From IMG/VR virus record IMGVR_UViG_3300018475_000004: 64,000 nucleotides of DNA, one strand, 5' to 3'. Below, piece after piece: positions 41,431 through 51,546 of the stretch (within the stretch, counting starts at the first letter, position 1; each line of letters starts with the position of its first letter). This DNA is from a virus. Its lineage: Duplodnaviria > Heunggongvirae > Uroviricota > Caudoviricetes. The position numbers were made by a program, and so were the translations under genes. The notes under the pieces were generated by a model. That model was not told the origin of the DNA. It saw only the letters and a list, made by a program, of their open reading frames with translations, and did not search any database.

Positions 41431-42183
41431 ATGTCAAAAATAATTGACGAACGTGGAAATATATATGAATTTTTAGAAGTTATAGACCGAGCCTAGAATG
41501 ATGCTTCTGGACGAGCCCAGTGGCTATGTAAATGTAAGTGCGGAAAAATGACTATAGTAAAAGGAGCGTCTTTACGGAATGGAAAAACTAAAAGTTGTGG
41601 ATGTTACCAAAAAATAAGAACTAGTGAAGCTTCTACAAAAAATTTAGTTGGACAAACCATTGGAAACTTTACTGTACTAGAGTCTATCATGGGAAGTAAA
41701 GGACAAGAAAGACATAAATGGCGTTGTCGCTGTAATTTATGCGGTAATGAAAATGCCATTATTCAGACTGACAATCTTCATCATCAAGAATCATGTGGGT
41801 GCTTAGTTGAATCAAAAGGTAGTCGAAAAATAAAAGAAATATTAGAGCAGAATAACATTCCTTTTATTCAAGAAAAGCGTTTTAGTGATTTAGTATTCGA
41901 GGATACTAAAAACCCTGCTAGATTTGATTTTTATGTAAATAATTCTTATATTATTGAATATGATGGTAGACAACATTTTATCCAAGGTAATGGAGTATAT
42001 GATAACAAAGAAAAGTTTATAAAAACGAGAGAACATGATCAAATAAAAAATCAATATTGTCATCAACATAGCATTCCAATTATTCGCATTCCTTATACTG
42101 AATTAGATAATATAACTTTGGAAATGCTTCAACCTAAAACATCAAAATATTTATTGCGCGAACCCGGTTCAGCAATCGGCTGA
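41431..42183 (+). CDS. Free-standing homing-type endonuclease (CxCxCG/SCGC repeats plus Vsr-like domain; code 15)
   Basis: ATG 41431 with RBS; TAG 41494-41496 in frame before WLCKCKCG; RFDF, IEYDGRQH, IIRIPY. Confidence 0.75.
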
Positions 42184-42212
42184 CCGGGGCGGCCGCATAT
42201 AAAGGAGGAAAT

Positions 42213-42503
42213 ATGAAAGGTGTAAATTTCGTCCGTGTCAGAGATAATGGTGATGCAACTACCACTTACAATATCTCTGTTACGTCTCCGATGATGCTAA
42301 CCGAGTTCTGTGACAGGGTTATCCAAGAGAATCCTAAGGAATGGGGTAGCGTATATGTAAACAATGAAAAGGTTATGAAGTATTCTCATGGCCGAGGAAC
42401 TGCAATGGGAGCTTTTTACAGATACTGCTGTAAGCCTCTAACTTCTGGATGGGCGAACGGCGGATGGGGCTCTATGGATTATCACATGAAGGTGGAGGAG
42501 TAA
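42213..42503 (+). CDS. Hypothetical protein
   Basis: 96 aa, AAGGAGG RBS. Confidence 0.65.
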   Translation: MKGVNFVRVRDNGDATTTYNISVTSPMMLTEFCDRVIQENPKEWGSVYVNNEKVMKYSHGRGTAMGAFYRYCCKPLTSGWANGGWGSMDYHMKVEE

Positions 42504-42656
42504 AATCCTCCACCATTTTTTCATTAGCCTGCTCCGGCCGGCCCTGGGCGCATGAACCGACAGCCCCAAACGAAAAGTCGACTTAGAAATTTTTTCCTCC
42601 AAAAGTTGAAAAAGAAGAAAAAAATTGATATAATTATTATAAAGGAGATGATATAA

Positions 42657-43460
42657 GTGAAATACTGTGTATCAGGTCGTCAGCCTTATTCTATTCTAAA
42701 GCAGGCTGATGAAGTGCGGGTCGCCTATCGTGACAGAGACCGCATTATGGATTTTGTTGAACAAATTCCAGATAAAAGAATTATTTTAGAAGTTGACAGT
42801 CAAATTGCCCCGATCGAGAAAAAGACCTGGGAGATGTATCAGGAGAAGTTCCCACAATTCTGTGTAGCTATCAGCAACTTACATATGGCAAAGGAAATGG
42901 ATGAAGCTGGCGTCAAATGGTTCTGGCCTTTCCCAATCACAACTTATTATGAGTTGCGTTGGATCATTGCGATGAACCCTTGTTACATTGTGCTTGGCGC
43001 ACCTTTGTGCTTTGAGTTGGCGCAGGTGAAGAAAATCACTAAGACTCCGATTCGTTTCACTCCTAACTTGGCTGTTCCCAGTTATCTGACCCATATGACC
43101 GATGCTCCGAACTTCTGCGGTCCTTGGATTCGTCCAGAAGATGTAAAGCATTATGAGGATTTCATTGAAGTGATGGAGTTCTACAATAAGGATGATAAGC
43201 TCAAGACTGAAGAAGTTCTTTTGGAAGTTTATCAGAAAGGTATTTGGCCTGGCAATTTGAATTTGTTGTTGAGCGAATTGAACTTCAATGTGGATAATCG
43301 TGCCATTGTTGAAGATCTTGGTCCTCGTCGTGTGAATTGCGGCCAGCGCTGCATGGAGACCGGCACTTGCCATTTGTGCGAAAGCGCACTACGGTTTGCC
43401 GATCAGTTGCGTAAAGTCCACGGTGAGCGCATCAAAGAGTCCGCAATTGACAATAAATAA
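42657..43460 (+). CDS. Putative peptidase U32-like (TIM-barrel) protein
   Basis: 267 aa; IVLGAPLCF, FIRPED-like GPWIRPED, C-terminal CGQRC...C..C; family call from recollection. Confidence 0.4.
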   Translation: MKYCVSGRQPYSILKQADEVRVAYRDRDRIMDFVEQIPDKRIILEVDSQIAPIEKKTWEMYQEKFPQFCVAISNLHMAKEMDEAGVKWFWPFPITTYYELRWIIAMNPCYIVLGAPLCFELAQVKKITKTPIRFTPNLAVPSYLTHMTDAPNFCGPWIRPEDVKHYEDFIEVMEFYNKDDKLKTEEVLLEVYQKGIWPGNLNLLLSELNFNVDNRAIVEDLGPRRVNCGQRCMETGTCHLCESALRFADQLRKVHGERIKESAIDNK

Positions 43461-43505
43461 AAAAAATGGTATAATATAATATAAAGAAAAGAAGGAGGAT
43501 ACTTT

Positions 43506-44492
43506 GTGCGAGTCCTAAGTAATCAAGATTATAGATTATTTGAACGCTTAGTATCGTTGACACAAAAAGGATTGCACCAGGCTATGGCACAATACCTAAA
43601 AGAGAAGTATGAGAAAGTAATCGTTACGAAAGATTATATCGTTGCTATTGGAGATATTCCAATTGCGCTGGTCGCTCATATGGATACTGTGTTCAAAAAT
43701 CCCGTAGCTGATTTATATTATGACCAGCGAAAAGGCGTTCTGTGGAGTCCACAGGGTCTTGGCGCCGATGACCGAGCTGGTATTTTTGCCATTTTGAAAA
43801 TTATCCAGAGTGGATTGCGGCCAGCCATTATTTTCACTACCGATGAAGAGAAAGGCGGTTTAGGAGCAACTGCATTGGGAAGCAGAGATTGCCCCATTCC
43901 CAATCTGAAATATATGATTCAGTTAGATCGTCATGGTACTAACGATTGTGTATTTTACGAGTGCTTCAATGAAGACTTCTATGACTACGTTGAAAGCTTC
44001 GGCTTCTGTGAAGCATATGGTTCATTCTCTGACATTAGCTTCTTGATGCCTCAGTGGAATATTTGTGGTGTCAATCTGTCTGTTGGTTATGAAGATGAGC
44101 ATAGTGAAGTAGAAACTCTTCATATTGCTCCATTATATGATACCATTGCGAAAGTCCAGAAGATGTTGTGTGAAACTGAGATTCCGGATTTTGAGTATGA
44201 TGAAATGGTATTCTCTTCTGCTAGTTGGTGGAGAAGTGCTGTAGTGTATGGTCAGCATTGCGGTAAATGTAAAAAGTTATACAGTGAATATGAATTATTC
44301 CCTGTAATCGGCATTGATAGAAAGACTAAGTTCTACTGTCCCGATTGCATCGTTGGTAATGTTGAATGGTGCGATTTGTGCGGCGAGGCATATGAGATTG
44401 AGGACCCCGCCAAAGATAAGAAAATTTGTAAGATTTGTGCGGAGGTAATATGCGAGAAATCGACAGAATCAAAGAACAGTTCTGCGAAGTAA
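43506..44492 (+). CDS. M20/M28-family zinc metallopeptidase with C-terminal Zn ribbons
   Basis: AHMDTV, GADDRAG, DEEKG, QLDRHG, SDI, EH motifs. Confidence 0.85.
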   Translation: MRVLSNQDYRLFERLVSLTQKGLHQAMAQYLKEKYEKVIVTKDYIVAIGDIPIALVAHMDTVFKNPVADLYYDQRKGVLWSPQGLGADDRAGIFAILKIIQSGLRPAIIFTTDEEKGGLGATALGSRDCPIPNLKYMIQLDRHGTNDCVFYECFNEDFYDYVESFGFCEAYGSFSDISFLMPQWNICGVNLSVGYEDEHSEVETLHIAPLYDTIAKVQKMLCETEIPDFEYDEMVFSSASWWRSAVVYGQHCGKCKKLYSEYELFPVIGIDRKTKFYCPDCIVGNVEWCDLCGEAYEIEDPAKDKKICKICAEVICEKSTESKNSSAK

Positions 44493-45856
44493 TTCGTTAT
44501 TCTCAATCAATTCCCGATCCCCAGGTGGATGCTCTATTCCACGACTGGGAGCTTGCCAAGGAAAAGTTTATTGAGAGATTCGGCGGTTTGATTTATGAAT
44601 GGCCGGAACCCATTGAATTTACTTTGGATGAAAAGGAAAAGAGATGTCGGGCAGCTGATTTTGCTACCCAGGTTTATGATACTTTCAATAATCCTGTTTT
44701 GGCTGAGTTTATTGATGAAAATCTGGATGGATTTTTTGAAAATAAAGTTGTAAATGTATGTGAAGGTAGTGACATTCCAAAGGGAATGAAGCTACTGAAG
44801 GCATTTAAGTATTTTGAACATAATCCCATAACCCTGAGAAATATTCAGGACGCAGCGAGCCAGCTTATCCAAGAGAATAAAATCAAGGGTAAGTTATGTT
44901 TTTCAGTTCATCCTTTGGATTTTCTGTCCAGTAGCGAGAACACATATAACTGGCGCAGTTGCCATGCCCTCGATGGAGAATATCGTGCTGGTAATCTGAG
45001 TTATATGACTGACCGCACTACCTTTATGGTTTATCTCAAAGGCATGGATGAAGCAGAACTTCCTAACTTTGGTTCTGTAAAGTGGAACTCTAAGAAGTGG
45101 CGTATGTTGATTCATGAGCATGAAGACAGCACTATCATGTTTGCGGGACGCCAGTATCCATTTAGCTCTAAAAGTGGAATTGATACCGTACTGAATATTT
45201 ATAATAATCTGATTCAACAAGAACATCCATTCGGCTATTATAAGTATTTCAACTGGAAAGATGACTATATCGACAGTTATGTCCCGCATGATGCTAATCC
45301 TGAGGACAATCCTCGGGCATTAAATTGTCAGTATGTAATCGTCAACGGATTCTTAGCTCCACTCCAAGAGGTAGTTGTAGAAGGCAGATATGCTCGTAAT
45401 TATAATGACATTCTTCGTTCTACTTGTTATCGCTATCCTTATTATGCGATTTTCAATAATACTTTGAGCCGAAGCGGTGTAAGAAAGTTGATTGAAAAGC
45501 CCATTGTAGTGGGCGGTTCTGTGCCTTGTCTACATTGCGGCAAAGACTGGGTAGATAATTCAGAAACAATGCGATGTGATAATTGCGAGTTGGCATATGG
45601 CGTAGAAGAGAATGAAAATTATACTCATTGCGCTTGTTGCGGTCGTCGTATGTATGTGGATGATGCATATGTGGCTGGAGATAATGAAGAATTGATCTGT
45701 CAACAGTGTTATGACACAGAGTGTTTCCGCTGCGAAGAGTGTGATTACATATATTACAACTCAGATAAGATTTACTGTGAAGAAACTGAAACATATTTAT
45801 GTCCTCATTGCTACGAAAATAGGAATGAAGGCGGAAGGAATAAAAAATATTTTTGA
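44450..45856 (+). CDS. Conserved phage protein with C-terminal CxxC repeats, paralog 2
   Basis: LCFSVHPLDFLSSSEN...W.SCH motif; GGAGGT RBS. Confidence 0.7.
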   Translation: MREIDRIKEQFCEVIRYSQSIPDPQVDALFHDWELAKEKFIERFGGLIYEWPEPIEFTLDEKEKRCRAADFATQVYDTFNNPVLAEFIDENLDGFFENKVVNVCEGSDIPKGMKLLKAFKYFEHNPITLRNIQDAASQLIQENKIKGKLCFSVHPLDFLSSSENTYNWRSCHALDGEYRAGNLSYMTDRTTFMVYLKGMDEAELPNFGSVKWNSKKWRMLIHEHEDSTIMFAGRQYPFSSKSGIDTVLNIYNNLIQQEHPFGYYKYFNWKDDYIDSYVPHDANPEDNPRALNCQYVIVNGFLAPLQEVVVEGRYARNYNDILRSTCYRYPYYAIFNNTLSRSGVRKLIEKPIVVGGSVPCLHCGKDWVDNSETMRCDNCELAYGVEENENYTHCACCGRRMYVDDAYVAGDNEELICQQCYDTECFRCEECDYIYYNSDKIYCEETETYLCPHCYENRNEGGRNKKYF

Positions 45857-45931
45857 TAAAAAGTTCTGGGTAAAAATTTTCAATCTTTTTATCTGAAAAA
45901 TCATAAAAGATAGAAGGAGAGTGATATTTTT

Positions 45932-46654
45932 ATGCCAAAAACTGGTGAAAATCTTGTTGGTAATACCTATCATAGACTTACTGTTTTATCAAAAAATATA
46001 GAAGCATCAAAACGACATAAACGACCATACTGGGATTGTAAATGTGAATGTGGTAATATAAAAACCATTGCTGGTTTAAGTCTCAAAAATGGAGCAACGA
46101 AAAGTTGTGGTTGCTTGAGAAATGAAAAAGTTTTTGAAGCATTAGCTAAAGATGAAAAAGGTAATGTTTACGGTAAACTTACTGTTCTTGAGATGGACTC
46201 AGAAAGGGATAATTTTGGTCGTATAAAATGGATTTGTAAATGTGAATGTGGTAATATAAAATCAATTAGTGGATCAGACTTACGAACTGGTAATACAACT
46301 AGCTGTGGATGTTTTTCTAGGATTTCAAAAGGTGAACAAAAAATTATTGATATTTTAGAAGAATATCATATTTCTTATATTAGAGAATATAAACCAGAAA
46401 ATTTAGGTCAAAAACGCTTTGATTTTGCCATTTTAGATAATAGTAATAAAATTATTCGTCTAGTTGAGTATGATGGTGAACAACATTATCATGAAAGTAA
46501 TTGGGAGCGTAGTAAATTGTCTCGTACTCAAGCATCAGATGCAGAAAAAAATAATTATGCTATTATAAATAATATTCCATTGGTTCGAATTCCATATTGG
46601 GAATATGATAATATGAATTATGAAATGATTTTTGGAGAAACATTTTTAGTGTAA
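45932..46654 (+). CDS. Free-standing homing-type endonuclease (CxCxCG/SCGC repeats plus Vsr-like domain)
   Basis: Two WxCKCECG...SCGC repeats; SKGE, RFDF, VEYDGEQH, LVRIPYW. Confidence 0.8.
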   Translation: MPKTGENLVGNTYHRLTVLSKNIEASKRHKRPYWDCKCECGNIKTIAGLSLKNGATKSCGCLRNEKVFEALAKDEKGNVYGKLTVLEMDSERDNFGRIKWICKCECGNIKSISGSDLRTGNTTSCGCFSRISKGEQKIIDILEEYHISYIREYKPENLGQKRFDFAILDNSNKIIRLVEYDGEQHYHESNWERSKLSRTQASDAEKNNYAIINNIPLVRIPYWEYDNMNYEMIFGETFLV

Positions 46655-46667
46655 AAGGAGAATTTAT

Positions 46668-46982
46668 ATGGCTCGTGGGCAAATTGCAAAAAATAATGTG
46701 GAACAAAAAATAAAAGAAGCGTTCGGTTCTGATTTCATTGGAACTTACGACAAAAAACTGTATGTGTGGGCGACAGAAAACGGTGAGCGAATTCAAATTG
46801 CACTGTCTTTGACCTGTCCTAAGGTTCCTGTGGCAATTTCTGATAATCCCACTACTGGAGATTTCAACTTTGAAGATGATGCTCCTAATGTAGTGGTTGC
46901 GGCCGGAGCATTCCAGCCAGCAGAAATTACTACTGAGGAAAGAGAGCGCGTCAATGATTTGATGCGGCGTCTCGGTCTGTGA
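46668..46982 (+). CDS. Conserved hypothetical phage protein
   Basis: 104 aa, AAGGAG RBS. Confidence 0.7.
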   Translation: MARGQIAKNNVEQKIKEAFGSDFIGTYDKKLYVWATENGERIQIALSLTCPKVPVAISDNPTTGDFNFEDDAPNVVVAAGAFQPAEITTEERERVNDLMRRLGL

Positions 46983-47345
46983 TACTTTGGGCGGAAACGC
47001 CCAATTTATCTCACAGACTTTTCAAAAATATTACTTCGCTAATTGTGACAAATTTGATTTTTTATAAAAAATTTGTTATAATATATATACAAGATAAGAG
47101 ATTATCTTATGAATCTAAAATATTTTAGAGAAAATCAAACTCGTAAATTGAGTTTTGGAGGTAGTGCCGATATCCCATTGCCTCCCAAATAAAATTGAAA
47201 AAGGGGGTTTTTCTCAATGAAGAAGATCCAGAAGATGATGAATGCTTGGTGGGCTCAACTCGTCAAGCAGGCTCAGATGGAAGCCGAGATTTACGCCATC
47301 TAATCTTGAAGACTCGGATAGTGCGGGGACGCCCGCACGAAATAC

Positions 47346-47420
47346 AGGGTGATCGTTCAACGGCTAGGACTACAGTCTCCAAAACTGTGTATCTAGGTTC
47401 GAATCCTAGTCGCCCTGCCA
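47346..47420 (+). tRNA. tRNA-Trp(CCA)
   Basis: Cloverleaf, ACAGT-CTCCAAA-ACTGT, G73, CCA. Confidence 0.9.
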
Positions 47421-47430
47421 CAAAATTAGA

Positions 47431-47494
47431 TAAAAAATCTTTCTTGATTTTTATAAAAAAATATGTTATAATATTTATGTAAGATAAAGAAAGA
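47431..47494 (+). repeat. 64-bp promoter block identical to 49951-50014
   Basis: TAAAAAATCTTTCTTGATTT...GTAAGATAAAGAAAGA exact at both sites. Confidence 0.9.
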
Positions 47495-47517
47495 CGATTG
47501 AGAAAGGAAATGATACT

Positions 47518-47889
47518 ATGAACAAGCCTCATTTTGATACTCCTACTCAGGTCATGTTCCATGACATTGATGAACCCGGCTCTTGGATTACCGGTATCGC
47601 TTTTGGCGACACTATCATCTGCGCCTGTTGCGGCGGTGTTTATGATATCGACGAGGTCTGCGAGCTGTCCGAGGGTTACGTGGACCAGGCTATCTATCCC
47701 TATGGCACCTGGGTTGATCTCTCCGAAGAAATCTTCGGTGGTGAGTTCCCCAAGGGTTTGGTCACTACTGGCGAGGGCGCTAATGAACGCATCGTAGAAG
47801 AGAGTTTCCTGGAATCTAAGGAATATGAGCAGCATTCCTTTATTTTGGAAGAAGAGGAAGAGACTCAGGCAAGAGCCTCTGAAATCTAA
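47518..47889 (+). CDS. Acidic hypothetical protein
   Basis: 123 aa, CACCG motif, own promoter. Confidence 0.65.
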   Translation: MNKPHFDTPTQVMFHDIDEPGSWITGIAFGDTIICACCGGVYDIDEVCELSEGYVDQAIYPYGTWVDLSEEIFGGEFPKGLVTTGEGANERIVEESFLESKEYEQHSFILEEEEETQARASEI

Positions 47890-48001
47890 GTCAAAAATTC
47901 TTTTTGACTTTCAAAAAAAAATATGTTATAATATATATGTAAGGTAAAGAAAGCGAAATGCACGGTTCACTTTCTTTCTCCATACACAACCTTTTCCATA
48001 A

Positions 48002-48184
48002 AAGACGGTAACAGCGATTCAAAGATTAGCTTGTGGTGCCGCAGGTCGTTGGTTCGAGTCCAACCACCCTTCCCTCACCTGGCAAGGTGGCGTAGGTGAC
48101 TACTAAGGGGAACTTCGGTTCCCTGATATGAAGGGTGTAGCTTAGATTGGTAGAGCAGCGTAAGATCGAAAAAACTCCGTCTTG
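48002..48184 (+). ncRNA. ACAGCAA cassette 1 carrying circularly permuted tRNA-His(GTG)
   Basis: AAGACGG/CCGTCTT stem; tRNA 3' part 48029-48072 precedes 5' part 48130-48160. Confidence 0.85.
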
Positions 48185-48418
48185 AAGCTAAGTAAATATA
48201 ACATATTTGATTTTCAAAAAAAAATATGTTATAATATATATGTAAGGTAAAGGAAATACAAAGAGTATCCCTTTGTGAAGTGCCCAGGCCGTCTATCAGC
48301 GAAGTCCTGGGGCGAGGAACATCGGCAGAAAAATGTATTTTGAGAACCTCTCACGGAATGGGAAGAATAGCTGATAGTATATCGACTCACTGTCATGTTC
48401 TCACCTTACAACACATAT

Positions 48419-48494
48419 GGACGGTTAGCTCAGTCGGTAGAGCAGTAGGCTGTTAACCTACCTGTCGGGGGTTCAAGTCCCTCACCGTTCGCCA
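48419..48494 (+). tRNA. tRNA-Asn(GTT)
   Basis: Cloverleaf with CCA. Confidence 0.92.
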
Positions 48495-48664
48495 AGAGGT
48501 CAAGTATTAAGACCTTTTCAAAAAATAATACTCGGGCCTGTGGTACTCCCTAAATATGGACCACCGAGGTTTCAGCCATGTAGTTTCTCGTAAATATAAG
48601 CCATGGCACTCTCAATTACGGCCCCAGAGTCGAGAGTATAATAAAACTCGTGGGGCACTCATTT

Positions 48665-48750
48665 GGGGATATGGCGGAATTGGTAGACGCGCCGGATTTA
48701 GGCTCCGGTCCCGCAAGGGGTGACGGGTTCGAGTCCCTCTATCCTCACCA
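48665..48750 (+). tRNA. tRNA-Leu(TAG)
   Basis: Type II cloverleaf, CCA. Confidence 0.92.
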
Positions 48751-48850
48751 CACGCTCGTGGAACCGAGCAGTTCTTTTAGATTATCGGCTACTAATTGAA
48801 AGTCTGGGTGGTTGGCAACTCCATCAGAACATAAATAAGTTGCGATATTT

Positions 48851-48927
48851 GGGCTCATAGCTCCAACTGGGAGAGCGCCTGCCTTGCAAGCAGGGGGTTA
48901 CCGGTTCGAATCCGGTTGGGTCCACCA
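48851..48927 (+). tRNA. tRNA-Ala(TGC)
   Basis: Cloverleaf, G3:U70, CCA. Confidence 0.92.
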
Positions 48928-48929
48928 TA

Positions 48930-48999
48930 GTTCCTTTAGTTTAAGTAGGGAGAATGGCTTGAGGGCAAGAGATGTGGGTTCGAGTCCCATAAGGAACAC
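48930..48999 (+). pseudogene. tRNA-like element with degenerate anticodon arm
   Basis: GTTCCTT/AAGGAAC acceptor, D and T arms present; anticodon stem collapsed; no CCA. Confidence 0.65.
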
Positions 49000-49013
49000 A
49001 TATGTAGATGAAA

Positions 49014-49084
49014 GTCCCATTAGTTTAATGGCAGAACGCACGAAGTAATAGGTGTGATACTGGTTCGAATCCAGTATGGGAAAT
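49014..49084 (+). pseudogene. tRNA-like element with 10-nt anticodon loop
   Basis: TCCCAT/ATGGGA acceptor, ACTGG-TTCGAAT-CCAGT T arm, CGCAC-GAAGTAATAG-GTGTG; no CCA. Confidence 0.6.
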
Positions 49085-49473
49085 CTCCGGTTTTTTTATA
49101 ACCAGTTATCCGGTGAGGGGTTATTATTATGATTATGGATAACGACAATAACTCTGTTATAAACTGGGCTTAAAGTTGTTTGGTCATTTACAAGTATTTT
49201 TCGCAGGGGTGTTGGCTTAGAAGTTTGGACTAAAACTAAAACTTCTGAACGAAACTGGGAGGTTATGTGTCAACCAGAAACACTTTCGCAGGTTGCCCGC
49301 CGAGAGAGGCAAACGGCCCACATCGGGTGCTAAGAATAGAGGGTAATTTATTTGTTATCGGCTTCAGCCAGAAATGGAAACCGGACCCGTGATGCTGCGG
49401 ATGGGGGTGCACACCCTGAAATGCGTTTTTCTTGAATGAGAGTTCGCGGAATTCGGATCAAAATCCGCCACAT

Positions 49474-49560
49474 GGGGATATGATGGAATCGGTAGACGTG
49501 TCAGACTCAAAATCTGATGGCCGAGAGGTCGTGTGGGTTCGAGTCCCACTATCCCCACCA
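49474..49560 (+). tRNA. tRNA-Leu(CAA)
   Basis: Type II cloverleaf, CCA. Confidence 0.92.
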
Positions 49561-49713
49561 GCACCGCAGATGTTTGAGTAGGTACCGTCACTGCGGGTAT
49601 AAGTTAAAGACCTAGTACTTACGGGGAAGCGCCATGGGCAGAGTACCGCTGACAACTCTACTGGCCGCAACGGGGTTGTGATTTTACTCGTTGCTTGAAA
49701 ATCACTTTTATAT

Positions 49714-49792
49714 GGGTTATGGGGCTGCTTGGGGTGGCCACCTGTCTGGCAGACAGGATATCAGATCGGTTCGAATCCGATATGATCCACCA
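49714..49792 (+). tRNA. tRNA-Ala(GGC)
   Basis: Cloverleaf, CCTGT-CTGGCAG-ACAGG, CCA. Confidence 0.85.
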
Positions 49793-50028
49793 TTGGCTCA
49801 CGGTGAGCCTGGTTCCTAGGTGGGATCGACAAGAATACACCAGGCGCGACAACGGTGCGAGTACAACAGTTGTAGGCTTCAATGCATGGTCTTCATTATG
49901 CGTCGGTACCTAAGATGCCGTCAATATTGGTTGCTAGCGCCAATTCTAACTAAAAAATCTTTCTTGATTTTTATAAAAAAATATGTTATAATATTTATGT
50001 AAGATAAAGAAAGAGAGGTAAATGAAAT

Positions 50029-50130
50029 ATGTTTGATGATTTCACTACTCAGATTCAATCTGATGAACTGGCAGAAATCCAGGGATGGAATGATGCTATG
50101 GAAGACCCTCGTTATCTTTATGAAGAATAA
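50029..50130 (+). CDS. 33-aa acidic peptide (MFDDFTTQIQSDE...)
   Basis: Own class II promoter, GAGGT RBS, TAA directly before tRNA-Glu. Confidence 0.55.
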   Translation: MFDDFTTQIQSDELAEIQGWNDAMEDPRYLYEE

Positions 50131-50131
50131 T

Positions 50132-50208
50132 GGTCCCATCGTCTAACCGGCATAGGACACCACCCTTTCAAGGTGGAAATCGGAGTTCGAGCCTCCGTGG
50201 GATCACCA
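50132..50208 (+). tRNA. tRNA-Glu(TTC)
   Basis: Cloverleaf with CCA. Confidence 0.9.
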
Positions 50209-50483
50209 GATGGTAAGCCACCAGGAGAAGGAAAACCAGAAAAAACTGGAAATACCGGGGCGAAACCTTTGCCTAAACTGGGCTAAGAAATACAGGTTGC
50301 GTGCGGCCGCAGCACGAGTAAGGGACGTAAAGCGGTGGTTTAAGAGTGTTACCTATAACCAACCGGGCGAGAAAAACAAATGAGCAGGCCCGTTAAAATG
50401 ATAGTCGCGAATATCATCTGCAATCCTGGGCTGGTCGAAAGACCCTGGTCCACCCAAAGGCGCTGGCAACCGGCGCCACATAT

Positions 50484-50559
50484 GGCCCCGTCCTCTAACG
50501 GTTTAGGAGGTCGGCCTCTCACGCCGATAATCCGGGTTCGAATCCCGGCGGGGTCACCA
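50484..50559 (+). tRNA. tRNA-Glu(CTC)
   Basis: Cloverleaf with CCA. Confidence 0.9.
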
Positions 50560-50708
50560 TGCGGCTTGGCCGCTTTATGTAAAAGCGTTAACATGGATTT
50601 GTAAGTTAAACTACCACCGGCTAGGGATACGCAGAGCAATACTGATGCCTTAGATATGTGGCTTAGTGGAAAACGCTATATAAGGAAGCAAAGTAAACTT
50701 ACTAATAT

Positions 50709-50784
50709 AGCTTCGTGGAGCAGTGGAGTGCTCGTCAGTCTGTCACACTGAAGATCGCGGGTTCGATCCCCGTCGAAGCTGCCA
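50709..50784 (+). tRNA. tRNA-Asp(GTC)
   Basis: Cloverleaf, G73, CCA. Confidence 0.9.
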
Positions 50785-50951
50785 TAAGGTATGTTCCCAG
50801 TACCTCGTAGCGGAAAACCTGGGCGTGGAAGAGGAGACGAAAGAATCGCTTTTTTAAGTAGCAAGTTTTGGTGGTGAAACTGCTTTGGGTGTTGATATGA
50901 CCCTAGGGCTTAAGAGCATATTAAAGGATAGCTGTCCAACATCATTTATTT

Positions 50952-51028
<77 letters not shown>

Positions 51029-51224
51029 TTGTAGAGGGATTGAGCTAACCCAGTCCGGACTATAAAAAACTGAAAGCCTTGTAAAAAATGCATGAGGTTT
51101 CAAGAACAGTTTCTCTACTTACCAGATGACTAGGCTCCTGGATTTTTGGAATTCAAGGGACTGCCCCCTTAGAATAGTTAGTCAGGCTTAAAACAGGAAA
51201 CGCAGGACTGTACCTAGTCAATAT

Positions 51225-51300
51225 CCCTCGATAGCTCAGCTGGTAGAGCACTCGGTTCATACCCGGGATGTCGCTGGTTCGAGTCCAGCTCGAGGGACCA
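51225..51300 (+). tRNA. tRNA(CAT), Met or Ile2
   Basis: Cloverleaf with CCA. Confidence 0.85.
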
Positions 51301-51471
51301 GAAGCGCCAGTCATACGCGTTGGTACTGGATAGCCAAAGAGAAGTTCTCAAAATGGGTTGCAAACTGTTGCGATAAAATATTCTCCGCTTTGCCACCCGC
51401 TACTTTGCGGTTCATTTCCTTTCATGTGCGGTCGTGGGGGCTCCGACCGGAAAAAACTCCCCCTTAGATAT

Positions 51472-51545
51472 TGCAGTGGTCGTCTAATGGTAGGACACTA
51501 GGCTCATAACCTGGATACGAGGTTCGAATCCTCCGGCTGCACCCA
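51472..51545 (+). tRNA. tRNA(CAT), Met-like, imperfect acceptor/T junction
   Basis: CTAGG-CTCATAA-CCTGG arm, TTCGAAT loop, ends CCA. Confidence 0.7.
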
Positions 51546-51546
51546 T

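Noticed and set aside
49210-49223. TGTTGGCTTAGAAG matches the 23S rRNA L11-binding region
   Set aside because: A 14-nt match to some rRNA position is expected by chance in 64 kb, and the flanks do not continue the rRNA sequence.
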